A model generated the notes under the pieces. It was not told the origin of the DNA and did not search any database. It saw nothing but the letters and a program-made list of their open reading frames with translations. Shown piece by piece: positions 29,460 through 38,254 of a stretch of 64,000 nt of DNA. Source of the DNA: Candidatus Omnitrophota bacterium (GTDB lineage Bacteria; Omnitrophota; Gorgyraeia; Zapsychrales; Zapsychraceae). Numbering within the stretch: the stretch's first letter is position 1; each line of letters opens with the position of its first letter. Both the position numbers and the translations under genes were made by a program. Where the stretch lies: assembly GCA_021108075.1 (NCBI GenBank), contig JAIORP010000178.1, positions 31,811 to 95,810 on the forward strand, in the 5' to 3' direction.

Positions 29460-30209
29460 ATGAGCAAAACAGTTATTATTACCGGTGGAACAAAAGGTAT
29501 CGGCGCCGCGATCAGTCAGGTTTTTTATGAAGCGGGGTACCACGTGTTAATCGGCGCCAGGAATAATAACGGCCTGGCGTCCAGACTGGGTGAGCGCGCC
29601 CGTTTTTTGAAAATAGATGTCACGAAAGAACCGGACCACATCCGCCTTGCCAAAACAGCCTTGCGGTGGACAAAACGTTTAGATGTGTATATTAACAATG
29701 CCGGTTTTTCGCAATGGAAGCCCATCCATGAGTTCGACGCTGTGTTCTGGGATAAAATGATGGACACGAATTTAAAGGGCACGATGTGGGGCTGTAAAAC
29801 AGCCGCGGAATATTTATCCACAGGCGGTGTGATTATCAATATTTCGAGTTTGGCCGGTAAAAGGGGCAGCGCGAACAATTCCGCTTATTGCGCTTCTAAA
29901 TTCGGCGTGACCGGTTTAACCCAGGCACTCGCCAAAGAACTTGGCCAACAGGGTGTCCGCGTTAACGCCATTTGCCCTGTTTATGTCGAAACTGAAGGTT
30001 TACTCAGGGCCTTAAGGGACAAACGTTCACCGGCAAAAGGAAAAAGTATTAAGATTTATTTTCAGCGATTTAAAGAATCGCAGTCTGCCTTACAACGATT
30101 ACCCAAAGGAGAAGAGGTGGCCCAAACGTGTTTGTTTTTCGCGTCCGATGCGTCCTCCGCGATTACAGGGCAGTCGTTAAACGTGGATTGCGGGGTTTTG
30201 CCGTCCTGA
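29460..30209 (+). CDS. SDR family oxidoreductase
   Basis: TGGTKGIG, NNAG, YCASK, TGQSLNVD. Confidence 0.9.
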   Translation: MSKTVIITGGTKGIGAAISQVFYEAGYHVLIGARNNNGLASRLGERARFLKIDVTKEPDHIRLAKTALRWTKRLDVYINNAGFSQWKPIHEFDAVFWDKMMDTNLKGTMWGCKTAAEYLSTGGVIINISSLAGKRGSANNSAYCASKFGVTGLTQALAKELGQQGVRVNAICPVYVETEGLLRALRDKRSPAKGKSIKIYFQRFKESQSALQRLPKGEEVAQTCLFFASDASSAITGQSLNVDCGVLPS

Positions 30210-30241
30210 TGCAAGCCATCTGAATTCAAAGAAAGGTTTAT

Positions 30242-31021
30242 ATGCAGAAACAATTTCGAACAGTGGCTGTTATCCCGGCGCGGATGGGGGCGTCCCGGTT
30301 TCCGGGTAAACCACTTGTAAAAATATTAGATTTACCCATGATTGAACATGTGCGCCGGCGGGTTTCCTTGTGTTCCTGTATCGACGAGGTCTATGTCGCG
30401 ACATGTGATGAGGAGATCAAGCGGGCGGTTGAACGTTACGGCGGAAAAGCGATTATGACGGCGGACACCCATGAACGCTGCACGGACCGGGTTGAAGAAG
30501 CGATTCAGGATATCGACTGCGATATTGTCTTTATTTTTCAAGGAGACGAACCGCTGTTTGATTTGTCGGTCGCGGATAAATTGCTGCGGCCTTTTATCGA
30601 TCATTCCCAGACTCTTTGCAGCAATCTTATATCAACGATCAAGAACGAAGATGATTTACGCGACATGAATATTGTTAAAGCTGTCTTAGACCGGCGGCAA
30701 CGCGTCCTTTGTTTTTCACGGGCCGCGCTTCCGTATAAACGCGTCGGCACAGCCTGCCCCTTGTACCGCCAGACGGGTTTGTCAGCCTTTAAGCGGGATT
30801 TTTTGGTCCAGTTCTCGAATTTGGCACCGACTCCTTTAGAAATGAGGGAATCCATTGATTTTATGCGTATCCTGGAGCATGGCTTTGCTATTCAGGGTGT
30901 GGTCTTTGAACAAGAGCTTTTTGGAGTTGATGAGCCGCGGCATATCGCCATCATAGAAAAAATTTTACAGGAAAATCCAACACAAAAAGCTATCTACGAG
31001 GAGATTCGTGTCCATGTCTAA
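30242..31021 (+). CDS. kdsB: 3-deoxy-manno-octulosonate cytidylyltransferase-like (KdsB family)
   Basis: IPARMGASRFPGKPL, CTDR, QGDEP, VK..D, FSR, LE..ES. Confidence 0.8.
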   Translation: MQKQFRTVAVIPARMGASRFPGKPLVKILDLPMIEHVRRRVSLCSCIDEVYVATCDEEIKRAVERYGGKAIMTADTHERCTDRVEEAIQDIDCDIVFIFQGDEPLFDLSVADKLLRPFIDHSQTLCSNLISTIKNEDDLRDMNIVKAVLDRRQRVLCFSRAALPYKRVGTACPLYRQTGLSAFKRDFLVQFSNLAPTPLEMRESIDFMRILEHGFAIQGVVFEQELFGVDEPRHIAIIEKILQENPTQKAIYEEIRVHV

Positions 31022-31934
31022 AAAAATTTTTGTGGCATTAACGACCTTTGCCCAATACGGTCAAGAACCCGTTGAACGACTGGAAAAAAGCGGGTTTGAT
31101 TTTACGGTCAACAAACTCGGCCGGCGCCTGGTCAAAGAGGAAGTGATCCAGTACGGTCAGGGATGTCAGGGCATTATTGCCGGAGTGGAACCCTATGACG
31201 CGGATGTGATCGATCAAATTCCGTCTTTGGAATGCATCAGCCGGGTTGGTGTCGGGTTGGATAATATTGACTTACGCAAAGCGAAAGAAAAGGGCCTCAT
31301 CATCTGCAACACACCGGATGTGGTGATCCAGCCGGTCGCGGAGATGGCGGTCGCGATGATGTTTGATATGCTGCGGCGGTTATCTTTTCACACCTTAAAA
31401 ATGTGTTCGAAACAATGGGTCAAAAAAGCCGGAAATATGCTGTGCGGTAAAACAGTGGGGATTTTGGGCCTGGGCCGGATCGGCCGAAGGGTCGCGGAAA
31501 TGATGCGAAAACTTGATTTGGAAGTTCGCGGGTATGATGTTCATCCCGATCAGGACTGGGCTAAAAAGAATGGCGTATCTTTAGTTGGATTAGACGACGT
31601 GTTGTCAACGGCCGATATTCTCAGCCTGCACCTGGCCAGTGATAAGGACCATCCTTTTGTGTTGGGCTCAGCAGAGATATCAAAGATGAAAGACGGGGCG
31701 ATGCTCATCAATTTAGCGCGTGGCCAATTTGTTGATGAACAGGCCTTATATGACGCGCTTAAAGAAGAGAAGCTGGCGGGCGCGGCGCTTGATGTGTATT
31801 CACGTGAACCGTATGACGGCCCTTTATGCGGGTTGGATTCGGTGATCTTAACCCCGCATGTGGCCACATTAACGAAAGAATCGCGGCTGCAGATGGAAGT
31901 CGAAGCGACCGGGAACTTGATGAAAAACTTATAA
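31014..31934 (+). CDS. D-isomer-specific 2-hydroxyacid dehydrogenase (SerA-like, no ACT domain)
   Basis: GVGLDNID, GLGRIG, NLARG, LDVY..EP, TPH. Confidence 0.88.
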   Translation: MSKKIFVALTTFAQYGQEPVERLEKSGFDFTVNKLGRRLVKEEVIQYGQGCQGIIAGVEPYDADVIDQIPSLECISRVGVGLDNIDLRKAKEKGLIICNTPDVVIQPVAEMAVAMMFDMLRRLSFHTLKMCSKQWVKKAGNMLCGKTVGILGLGRIGRRVAEMMRKLDLEVRGYDVHPDQDWAKKNGVSLVGLDDVLSTADILSLHLASDKDHPFVLGSAEISKMKDGAMLINLARGQFVDEQALYDALKEEKLAGAALDVYSREPYDGPLCGLDSVILTPHVATLTKESRLQMEVEATGNLMKNL

Positions 31935-32030
31935 TAAATATGTTCAAACTTATCATTGAATAGTGATGTTGCTATTTGATCAGCGTTGGTATTTTAAAAG
32001 GTTAATCAGTGATATTGAGGCATGAAGTTT

Positions 32031-32063
32031 CCCCCTTATCTTGCTGCGGGGTGCGGGGTTCAT
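32031..32063 (+). mobile_element. solitary IS200/IS605-type right-end hairpin remnant
   Basis: CTTGCTGCGGGGTGCGGGGTTCAT (32040-32063) matches 49361-49384 at 23 of 24 positions. Confidence 0.6.
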
Positions 32064-32335
32064 TCAAATCAATTCATGCACCGTTTTTATTCTGACAAGA
32101 GAAAGAAAAGAATAGTTGTCGTGCCACGCAAATGTGTGGTATAAAAGAGTTATCCCCTACACATAGTAATTCCCCGAATCACGTTTATTTAAACTTCAAA
32201 TCATTGTCCCGCATTAGAGAGGGAAAATTTGGACGTTAAAAAAGTAAAACCTTTGCTGGTAAATTATGGCGGGGTTTCTTTCATTTATATATAAGAATGG
32301 GATTTAAAGCGAACAATAACAAAGGGGGCTTTCGT

Positions 32336-33670
32336 ATGGAAAATGTTAATAATATTGATATAATACAAATTAAGAAGGGTACAACATCAGAACAATTAGA
32401 TAGCGATGAACAAATGAAAAAAGAAAAAAAGGATTTAAAGGTCTTATCATTATTCTCAGGTTGCGGCGGTTTAGATTTAGGATTTGAGGGTGATTTTTCA
32501 GTTTTAAAAAACTGTTTAAATAAAAGCGTTCATCCCGAATGGTTTAATGGTGGAAATAATTCTCAGTGGGTGAAAGTTCCTAAAACAAAATTTAAGGTTG
32601 TCTTCGCTAATGATATTATGCCTGCCGCTCGATCTTCATGGTTACCTTATTTCCAAAGTAAAGGAAATAGTGTGATTTTTCATACGGAAAGCATAGTCGA
32701 ACTTGTTAAAAAACATAAAAAAGGTAAAAAGATTTTTCCAAAGGTTGACGTGGTGACTGGTGGGTTCCCCTGTCAGGATTTCAGCGTCGCTGGAAAACGG
32801 AAAGGTTTTAATTCTCATAAAGGACATCATGGGGATCTTTTAACCTCAAAAGATAAGCCTACAGAAGAAAACAGAGGTAAGTTATACATGTGGATGAGGC
32901 ATGTTATCGATATAGTGCGCCCTAAAATGTTTATCGCTGAAAATGTCAAAGGTTTGGTTACTTTAGCGGACGCTAAAGTAATTATAGAAAATGATTTTCG
33001 TTCGATAGGTGAAGGTGGGTACGTGGTTGTTAGCGCTAAAGTGTTGTCCGCCGCTGATTATGGTGTTTCACAACGACGGGAACGCGTTCTTTTCATTGGT
33101 TTTAGAAAAGACACGTTGAAGAAGAAAGCTCTTCAGGCTTTTTCGAACGGGATTATACCTGAAGAGTTTGACCCATATCCAAGACCCACGCATGGCACGT
33201 CAAGAAACAATTGCGTTAGACCTTATGTTACCGTTAAACAAGCTTTGGTGGGTTTATATGAACCTGAAAGATCTTCTGATCTAGCGCAAAAATCTTTTTC
33301 AAGAGCGAAATGGTATGGCAGACATTGCCAAGGGCAAAATGAAGTCAATTTAAATGGCTTGGGGCCAACTATTCGTTCTGAACATCACGGAAACATTGAG
33401 TTTAGACGATTATCTCCAGATAATGGAGGTAAATACCTTGATGAAATTAAAAAGGGCATGAAAGAAAGAAGGTTAACTGTAAGGGAGTGCGCCAGATTAC
33501 AAACTTTTCCTGATGATTACGCGTTTGTTAGAAATTCTTCCACGAATGGAAATGGCTATAATCTCAGCGCTTCTGAGGGTTATAAATTAATTGGCAATGC
33601 GGTGCCTCCACTACTTGGTTTCCATTTGGCTTGGCGGTTGCAAGAAATATGGTCGGACGTTTTTAAATGA
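32336..33670 (+). CDS. DNA (cytosine-5) methyltransferase of a type II R-M system
   Basis: LFSGCGG motif I, GFPCQDFS motif IV, ENV motif VI, QRRERV motif VIII, RLQTFPD, IGNAVPP motif X; alternative start 32297. Confidence 0.93.
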   Translation: MENVNNIDIIQIKKGTTSEQLDSDEQMKKEKKDLKVLSLFSGCGGLDLGFEGDFSVLKNCLNKSVHPEWFNGGNNSQWVKVPKTKFKVVFANDIMPAARSSWLPYFQSKGNSVIFHTESIVELVKKHKKGKKIFPKVDVVTGGFPCQDFSVAGKRKGFNSHKGHHGDLLTSKDKPTEENRGKLYMWMRHVIDIVRPKMFIAENVKGLVTLADAKVIIENDFRSIGEGGYVVVSAKVLSAADYGVSQRRERVLFIGFRKDTLKKKALQAFSNGIIPEEFDPYPRPTHGTSRNNCVRPYVTVKQALVGLYEPERSSDLAQKSFSRAKWYGRHCQGQNEVNLNGLGPTIRSEHHGNIEFRRLSPDNGGKYLDEIKKGMKERRLTVRECARLQTFPDDYAFVRNSSTNGNGYNLSASEGYKLIGNAVPPLLGFHLAWRLQEIWSDVFK

Positions 33671-34797
33671 TACTATCTTCCAAGCGTGAAACGAAAAACA
33701 AACAATTTGAAGAACTGCTATCTTCCAGCCAACAGATTTTAGAAAAGAAAAATAAGTCTCACCCACCTTATTTCTCCAAGCGAACACCAACGGAATTTGA
33801 GAAGGATGTGCATGCCGCCATGGAGAAAGCCTCTATTGGCACGCCTTTTGAAGGCACTATTCAGTTAGTTTCTGGCCACCGTTTCCCAGATATTATTGAC
33901 GATGGATATTACGGTGTCGAAGTCAAAACCACTAAGACTAATTGGAAGAGTACGGGTAATAGCGTTTTAGAATCCACGAGAGTGGATAAAATTGAAAGAA
34001 TTTATTTGTTTTTCGGGCGTCTTTCTGACGCGGTCGCTTTCAAATTTCGAAGGTACGAAGAATGTTTGCATGAGGTTGCGGTAACGCATTCCCCCAGATA
34101 TTTAATTGACATGAATTTAGACGCTGGTAAAAGCATATTTGATAAAATGAAAATATCTTATGACGAGTTAAGAAAATTAGATAAACCAATAAAGCCTTTT
34201 GTTCAATATTATCGTTCAATCGCTCAATCGGGTGAAGAGCCATGGTGGATGGAAGGCGCTGATGATGAGGAAGAAACACTCGTGAAGCCCACGGTGTCTT
34301 TATGGAATAGTCTTCCCGTTGATGAGCAAGAAACCATGCGCAATCAAGCGATGGCCTTATTCCCGGAAGTGTTTAGTAATCGTTCCACGAAATACCATAA
34401 TCTTTCTTTATGGTTAGCGACCAGAAAAGGCGTTGTGGATTCATCACTAAGAGATAGGTTCACGGCTGGTGGACGAGAAACGCTTATAGTTAATGGTAAA
34501 AAATATAAAGATGTTCCAAAAATATTTTATCATTTAAAAGGAAATTTAGATAAAGTCGTTAAGCTCGTTAAAAAATTAGATCCTGAAGAAGCGAAATATT
34601 TTTGGAAAGTGGATCAAAACTTAGGTTCTTACACACTCCTGCCAACCTGGCTTGATTTAGTTGTTGGCTACGCGGAGAAGAACCTTGGGAGTAAAGGGAA
34701 GTTTATTGTGCATCTGATAGGTGATTATGCTGGTGAAAAGAACTCCTCACTATTTCTAAAAGAGGAAATGGCGAAATATGGATTAGATTATTCTTAA
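33667..34797 (+). CDS. putative type II restriction endonuclease (PD-(D/E)xK fold)
   Basis: FPDI...GVEVK motif; translationally coupled to the MTase and followed by vsr. Confidence 0.7.
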   Translation: MILSSKRETKNKQFEELLSSSQQILEKKNKSHPPYFSKRTPTEFEKDVHAAMEKASIGTPFEGTIQLVSGHRFPDIIDDGYYGVEVKTTKTNWKSTGNSVLESTRVDKIERIYLFFGRLSDAVAFKFRRYEECLHEVAVTHSPRYLIDMNLDAGKSIFDKMKISYDELRKLDKPIKPFVQYYRSIAQSGEEPWWMEGADDEEETLVKPTVSLWNSLPVDEQETMRNQAMALFPEVFSNRSTKYHNLSLWLATRKGVVDSSLRDRFTAGGRETLIVNGKKYKDVPKIFYHLKGNLDKVVKLVKKLDPEEAKYFWKVDQNLGSYTLLPTWLDLVVGYAEKNLGSKGKFIVHLIGDYAGEKNSSLFLKEEMAKYGLDYS

Positions 34798-34798
34798 T

Positions 34799-35263
34799 AT
34801 GAAAAGAAAAATTAAAAATAAGTTGGGGAGAAATTTTAATCGTGAACGGCAAAAAGATAAGATTACGACTGATAAACGTTCCTCTGTGATGTCAAAAATA
34901 CGATCACGGGGAACAAAGTTTGAGACGGATTTCATAGACGAACTTTCGAGAATGGTAAAAGAAAAATTTGAAACGCACGTTAAGGATATTAGGGGTAAAC
35001 CAGACATTGTGTTCCGCGGTAAAAAGGTTTGTGTTTTTTTGGACAGCAACTTCTGGCACGGTTGGCAGTATCCTCGTTGGAAGCATTTATTAAAGAATGA
35101 TTTTTGGCGAAATAAGATAGAAAAAAATAGACTACGAGATCGAAATACAACCCAGTATTTACGACGTGAGGGATGGGCGGTTATTAGGATTTGGGAACAC
35201 TCCATAAAGAATGATATAGGGGTAGCCTTGAGGAGAATAATGGATGGAGTTGCCAATGGGTAA
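34799..35263 (+). CDS. vsr: very short patch repair endonuclease Vsr
   Basis: RSSVMSKIRSRGTKFE, GKPDIVF, DSNFWHG, FWRNKIEKN, GWAVIRIWEH. Confidence 0.92.
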   Translation: MKRKIKNKLGRNFNRERQKDKITTDKRSSVMSKIRSRGTKFETDFIDELSRMVKEKFETHVKDIRGKPDIVFRGKKVCVFLDSNFWHGWQYPRWKHLLKNDFWRNKIEKNRLRDRNTTQYLRREGWAVIRIWEHSIKNDIGVALRRIMDGVANG

Positions 35264-35277
35264 AGAAATTAATATAG

Positions 35278-35409
35278 ATAGTTGATTATTGTAATTGGGC
35301 GATATTCCGTGAATGGGAAACTCAAGACATAAGATCTTATGAATTAATCAGGAAGGCTGTTAAGAGTGAATATAATATTTTTCGGAGTGGCGAGACTTTT
35401 TATTATTGA
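35278..35409 (+). pseudogene. C-terminal remnant of a DUF3800-like gene
   Basis: Hand translation: IVDYCNWAIFREWETQDIRSYELIRKAVKSEYNIFRSGETFYY*; preceded in frame by TAG where the Q of the QxxD motif is expected; below the ORF-track cutoff; family match from recall. Confidence 0.65.
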
Positions 35410-35416
35410 TTATAAA

Positions 35417-35455
35417 TGATGACCGCCCTGACTACTCTTTCGAGAGAGCCTTCTG
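35417..35455 (+). repeat. 39-bp direct repeat, left copy (5' half of structured motif)
   Basis: TGATGACCGCCCTGACTACTCTTTCGAGAGAGCCTTCTG, identical to 38185-38223. Confidence 0.95.
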
Positions 35456-35543
35456 TCAAAATAAAAGATGTCAGGTATTATATGTTGTTATTCCTGGATT
35501 TATTATTCATTATTTCAGGTGAGAAATTATAAAGGAGAAAACA

Positions 35544-38171
35544 TTGGATATGAAAAATTATGCATCAAAAATGTTTATTAGCTATTCTCATGAAGACGAA
35601 TTATATATGGTTGAATTAAGGAAGCACTTAATTCTCTTAGAAAAAAAAGGCATATTAAACCAATGGTGTGATAAGGAGTTGGTCGCTGGGGATGAATTAC
35701 AGCCCGAGATAATGAAACATTTAGAAGATGCAGATATTATAGCATTTTTAGTAAGTATTGACTTCCAGAGTTCGGATTTCTGTGTTCGAGTAGAATTAGC
35801 GAAGGCTTTGGAGAAGAAAAAGAATCAGGGTGCTGTTATTATTCCAATAATAGTTCGAACATGTAGATGGCAAGATAGTGTGCTTGGCCAATTTGTAGCA
35901 GCAACAAAAAACGGCAACCCTATTTCGGATTATGAGAATGCCGACAAAGCTTGGGTTGAGGTTAGCATGTCTATTGAAAAAGTTGTTGAAAAATTCAATA
36001 AACAAAGAATTGAAAATAAGCCTGAGGATCAAGGCAAAACATTTTTTTTGAAAGAAGAATTTTTAAATGAATTAAACAATACAGAAATAATATTTCAGCA
36101 TAAACATAAAGAGTTTGTAACTCTGGAGGATATATATGTTTTTCCTGATGTAAAAGATTTAAAGAAGGAATACGATAAAATAGAATTGTTGATAAATTCT
36201 GAGCATATTCTTTCATTTGAAGAAGAACAACACCAAGATAAAATATTAATATTAGGAACGGAACAAGCTGGTAAAACTTCTTTAGCGAAAATGATGTTAA
36301 AAATTAGTTTGAATGCTAGCTGGCTGCCTGTTTTTGTTAAAGGGACAGAAATTAAAAGCTCTGATACAAGTGATATGTTGATGAAGTTGATTCCTGAGCA
36401 ATATCAAAAATTGACAAGAGATGAATATTTTAATCAATCTAGAAAGAAAATTTTATTTGTAGATGATTATCATCAATCGAAGTTGAATTCTAAGTATAGA
36501 TTTAGATTTGTTGATTCAGTAGTGAAGCAGTTTGATAAAGTTATTTTGTTTTCTGATAGTATGATGAAGTTTGATGAAATTAATTATTCCCATTTTTCAG
36601 GCTTCTATCAATACGAAATATTGCCTTTGGGGCATGAGCGAAGAGGGGTATTGATTGATAAATGGAATAGCATGGGGCAATCTGAAACGATTGATATTAA
36701 TGCTCTTTATCAAAGAAATGATATTGCAACTATGCACTTGAACGCCATACTAAGGAAGAATGTTGTTCCATCAAAACCACTATATGTTCTGACAATTATA
36801 CAATTGTTAGATACATCAGTTCCATCCGACTATACTTTGACATCTTATGGACATTGTTATCAAACGTTAATTCAACAAGCATTGCAAAAGGTGAAGGTGA
36901 CCATTAAGGATTTTGAGTTATATATTAATTACTTGTCAGAACTAGCATATTATATATTTGAATCAGGTAAAGACATAATAAATGAAGATGCCTTGTTTGC
37001 TTTTCAGCATGAATATTCTAATAAATATATTTTGGATTCTCACAAGAATGTTTTAAGTGTTCTAACAAAAGCAGGCATTTTGAGAATTGGTGATTCAGGG
37101 AATTGTTTTTGTTATCGTTATATTTATTATTTTTACGTGGCAAAGTATATTGCAGACCATCTTCAGACAGCTGATTGTAAAAAGACTGTAGAATATCTTT
37201 GCAAACGGATGCACACGGAGAGAAACGCAAATATTTTAATATTTCTAACTCATCACAGTAAAAATCAGGAGATTTTAGATAAAATATATTCATATACCAC
37301 AGATATATTTAAAGGAATAAATCAGGCTAAGTTGGACTCAGAAGAAACTGATTATTTGGCGGAATTTATGGGAGCAATTCCTCAGTTAGTTATTGAGCAG
37401 AGAAATGCTGAAGAGGAAAGAAAGAAAAAAGTTATAAGAAAAGATAAGATTGAAAGAGATGAGCAGGGCGAAGAGAATGAAGCTGACGATTTGAACGAAA
37501 GTACTCTAGCCGAAATCAATAAATCTTATAGGGCTGTTGATATTATTGGACAAATATTGAGGAATCGGCAGAATTCCTTAACAAGAAAGCAATTGTATGA
37601 TTTGACTTCGTCAGCATTTTCTTCAGGATTAAGATTTCTGAAATTTTTTCTTAATTTAACAACAAAATCAAAAGATGAAATATTAAACGTTATTAAGCAT
37701 CTGATTGAAGAGGATTCCAAGGTGTCTGGAGATGAGATGCCAAAGAAACATAAAATATCCGATGAGGACATAACAAAAAAAGCAAAAAGAATATTTCTAA
37801 TGATAAGTTATGGGATGTCATACTCGGTGATTAAGAAAATAGCTAATTCTACTGGGTCAAAAGAACTTATGCCAATCCTTAATAAAATTGATGAAGACAA
37901 TCCTGGTTCACCCGCTATTAAGCTAATTCAAATAGCAGCTCACCTTGAATTTGCAAAAACTATACCTGAAAAAGAAATACTTGCGTTGGATAAGACTTTA
38001 GAGAAAAATTTAATTGCTAAAAGGTTGTTGCAAGAAATAATTGTTCAATATTTATATTTACATAATGTTGACTACAAAAAAAGACAATGGATAGCTAGTA
38101 AATTAAAAATACCTTTAAGTTTTCAGCGAGAACTTCAACACGAAAAAGCTACAAAGGTGTTGGCTAAGTAG
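35544..38171 (+). CDS. TIR domain + STAND/NACHT-like P-loop NTPase (NLR-like putative antiphage protein)
   Basis: FISYSHED..W.D..L.AG..LVS.DF..S.FC..EL TIR motifs; GTEQAGKTS Walker A; ILFVDD Walker B; long helical C-terminus; AAAGGAG RBS; start TTG 35544 or ATG 35550. Confidence 0.85.
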   Translation: MDMKNYASKMFISYSHEDELYMVELRKHLILLEKKGILNQWCDKELVAGDELQPEIMKHLEDADIIAFLVSIDFQSSDFCVRVELAKALEKKKNQGAVIIPIIVRTCRWQDSVLGQFVAATKNGNPISDYENADKAWVEVSMSIEKVVEKFNKQRIENKPEDQGKTFFLKEEFLNELNNTEIIFQHKHKEFVTLEDIYVFPDVKDLKKEYDKIELLINSEHILSFEEEQHQDKILILGTEQAGKTSLAKMMLKISLNASWLPVFVKGTEIKSSDTSDMLMKLIPEQYQKLTRDEYFNQSRKKILFVDDYHQSKLNSKYRFRFVDSVVKQFDKVILFSDSMMKFDEINYSHFSGFYQYEILPLGHERRGVLIDKWNSMGQSETIDINALYQRNDIATMHLNAILRKNVVPSKPLYVLTIIQLLDTSVPSDYTLTSYGHCYQTLIQQALQKVKVTIKDFELYINYLSELAYYIFESGKDIINEDALFAFQHEYSNKYILDSHKNVLSVLTKAGILRIGDSGNCFCYRYIYYFYVAKYIADHLQTADCKKTVEYLCKRMHTERNANILIFLTHHSKNQEILDKIYSYTTDIFKGINQAKLDSEETDYLAEFMGAIPQLVIEQRNAEEERKKKVIRKDKIERDEQGEENEADDLNESTLAEINKSYRAVDIIGQILRNRQNSLTRKQLYDLTSSAFSSGLRFLKFFLNLTTKSKDEILNVIKHLIEEDSKVSGDEMPKKHKISDEDITKKAKRIFLMISYGMSYSVIKKIANSTGSKELMPILNKIDEDNPGSPAIKLIQIAAHLEFAKTIPEKEILALDKTLEKNLIAKRLLQEIIVQYLYLHNVDYKKRQWIASKLKIPLSFQRELQHEKATKVLAK

Positions 38172-38184
38172 AATTCAGAATAAC

Positions 38185-38254
38185 TGATGACCGCCCTGAC
38201 TACTCTTTCGAGAGAGCCTTCTGGGGCTCTTATTATCAGGGCGGAACCTTTTTT
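38185..38254 (+). ncRNA. structured motif, candidate DUF3800-associated RNA motif; first 39 bp are the right direct repeat
   Basis: Outer stem CCGCCCTGA (38191-38199)/TCAGGGCGG (38236-38244), inner CTCT-TTCG-AGAG and AGAGCC/GGCTCT hairpins, then AACCTTTTTT. Confidence 0.55.

Noticed and set aside
35416-35431. ATGATGA..CTGA as a box C/D or TIGR-like repeat
   Set aside because: Only two copies 2.8 kb apart, no array or variable spacers, no Nop-domain gene; the CTGA is part of the outer stem.
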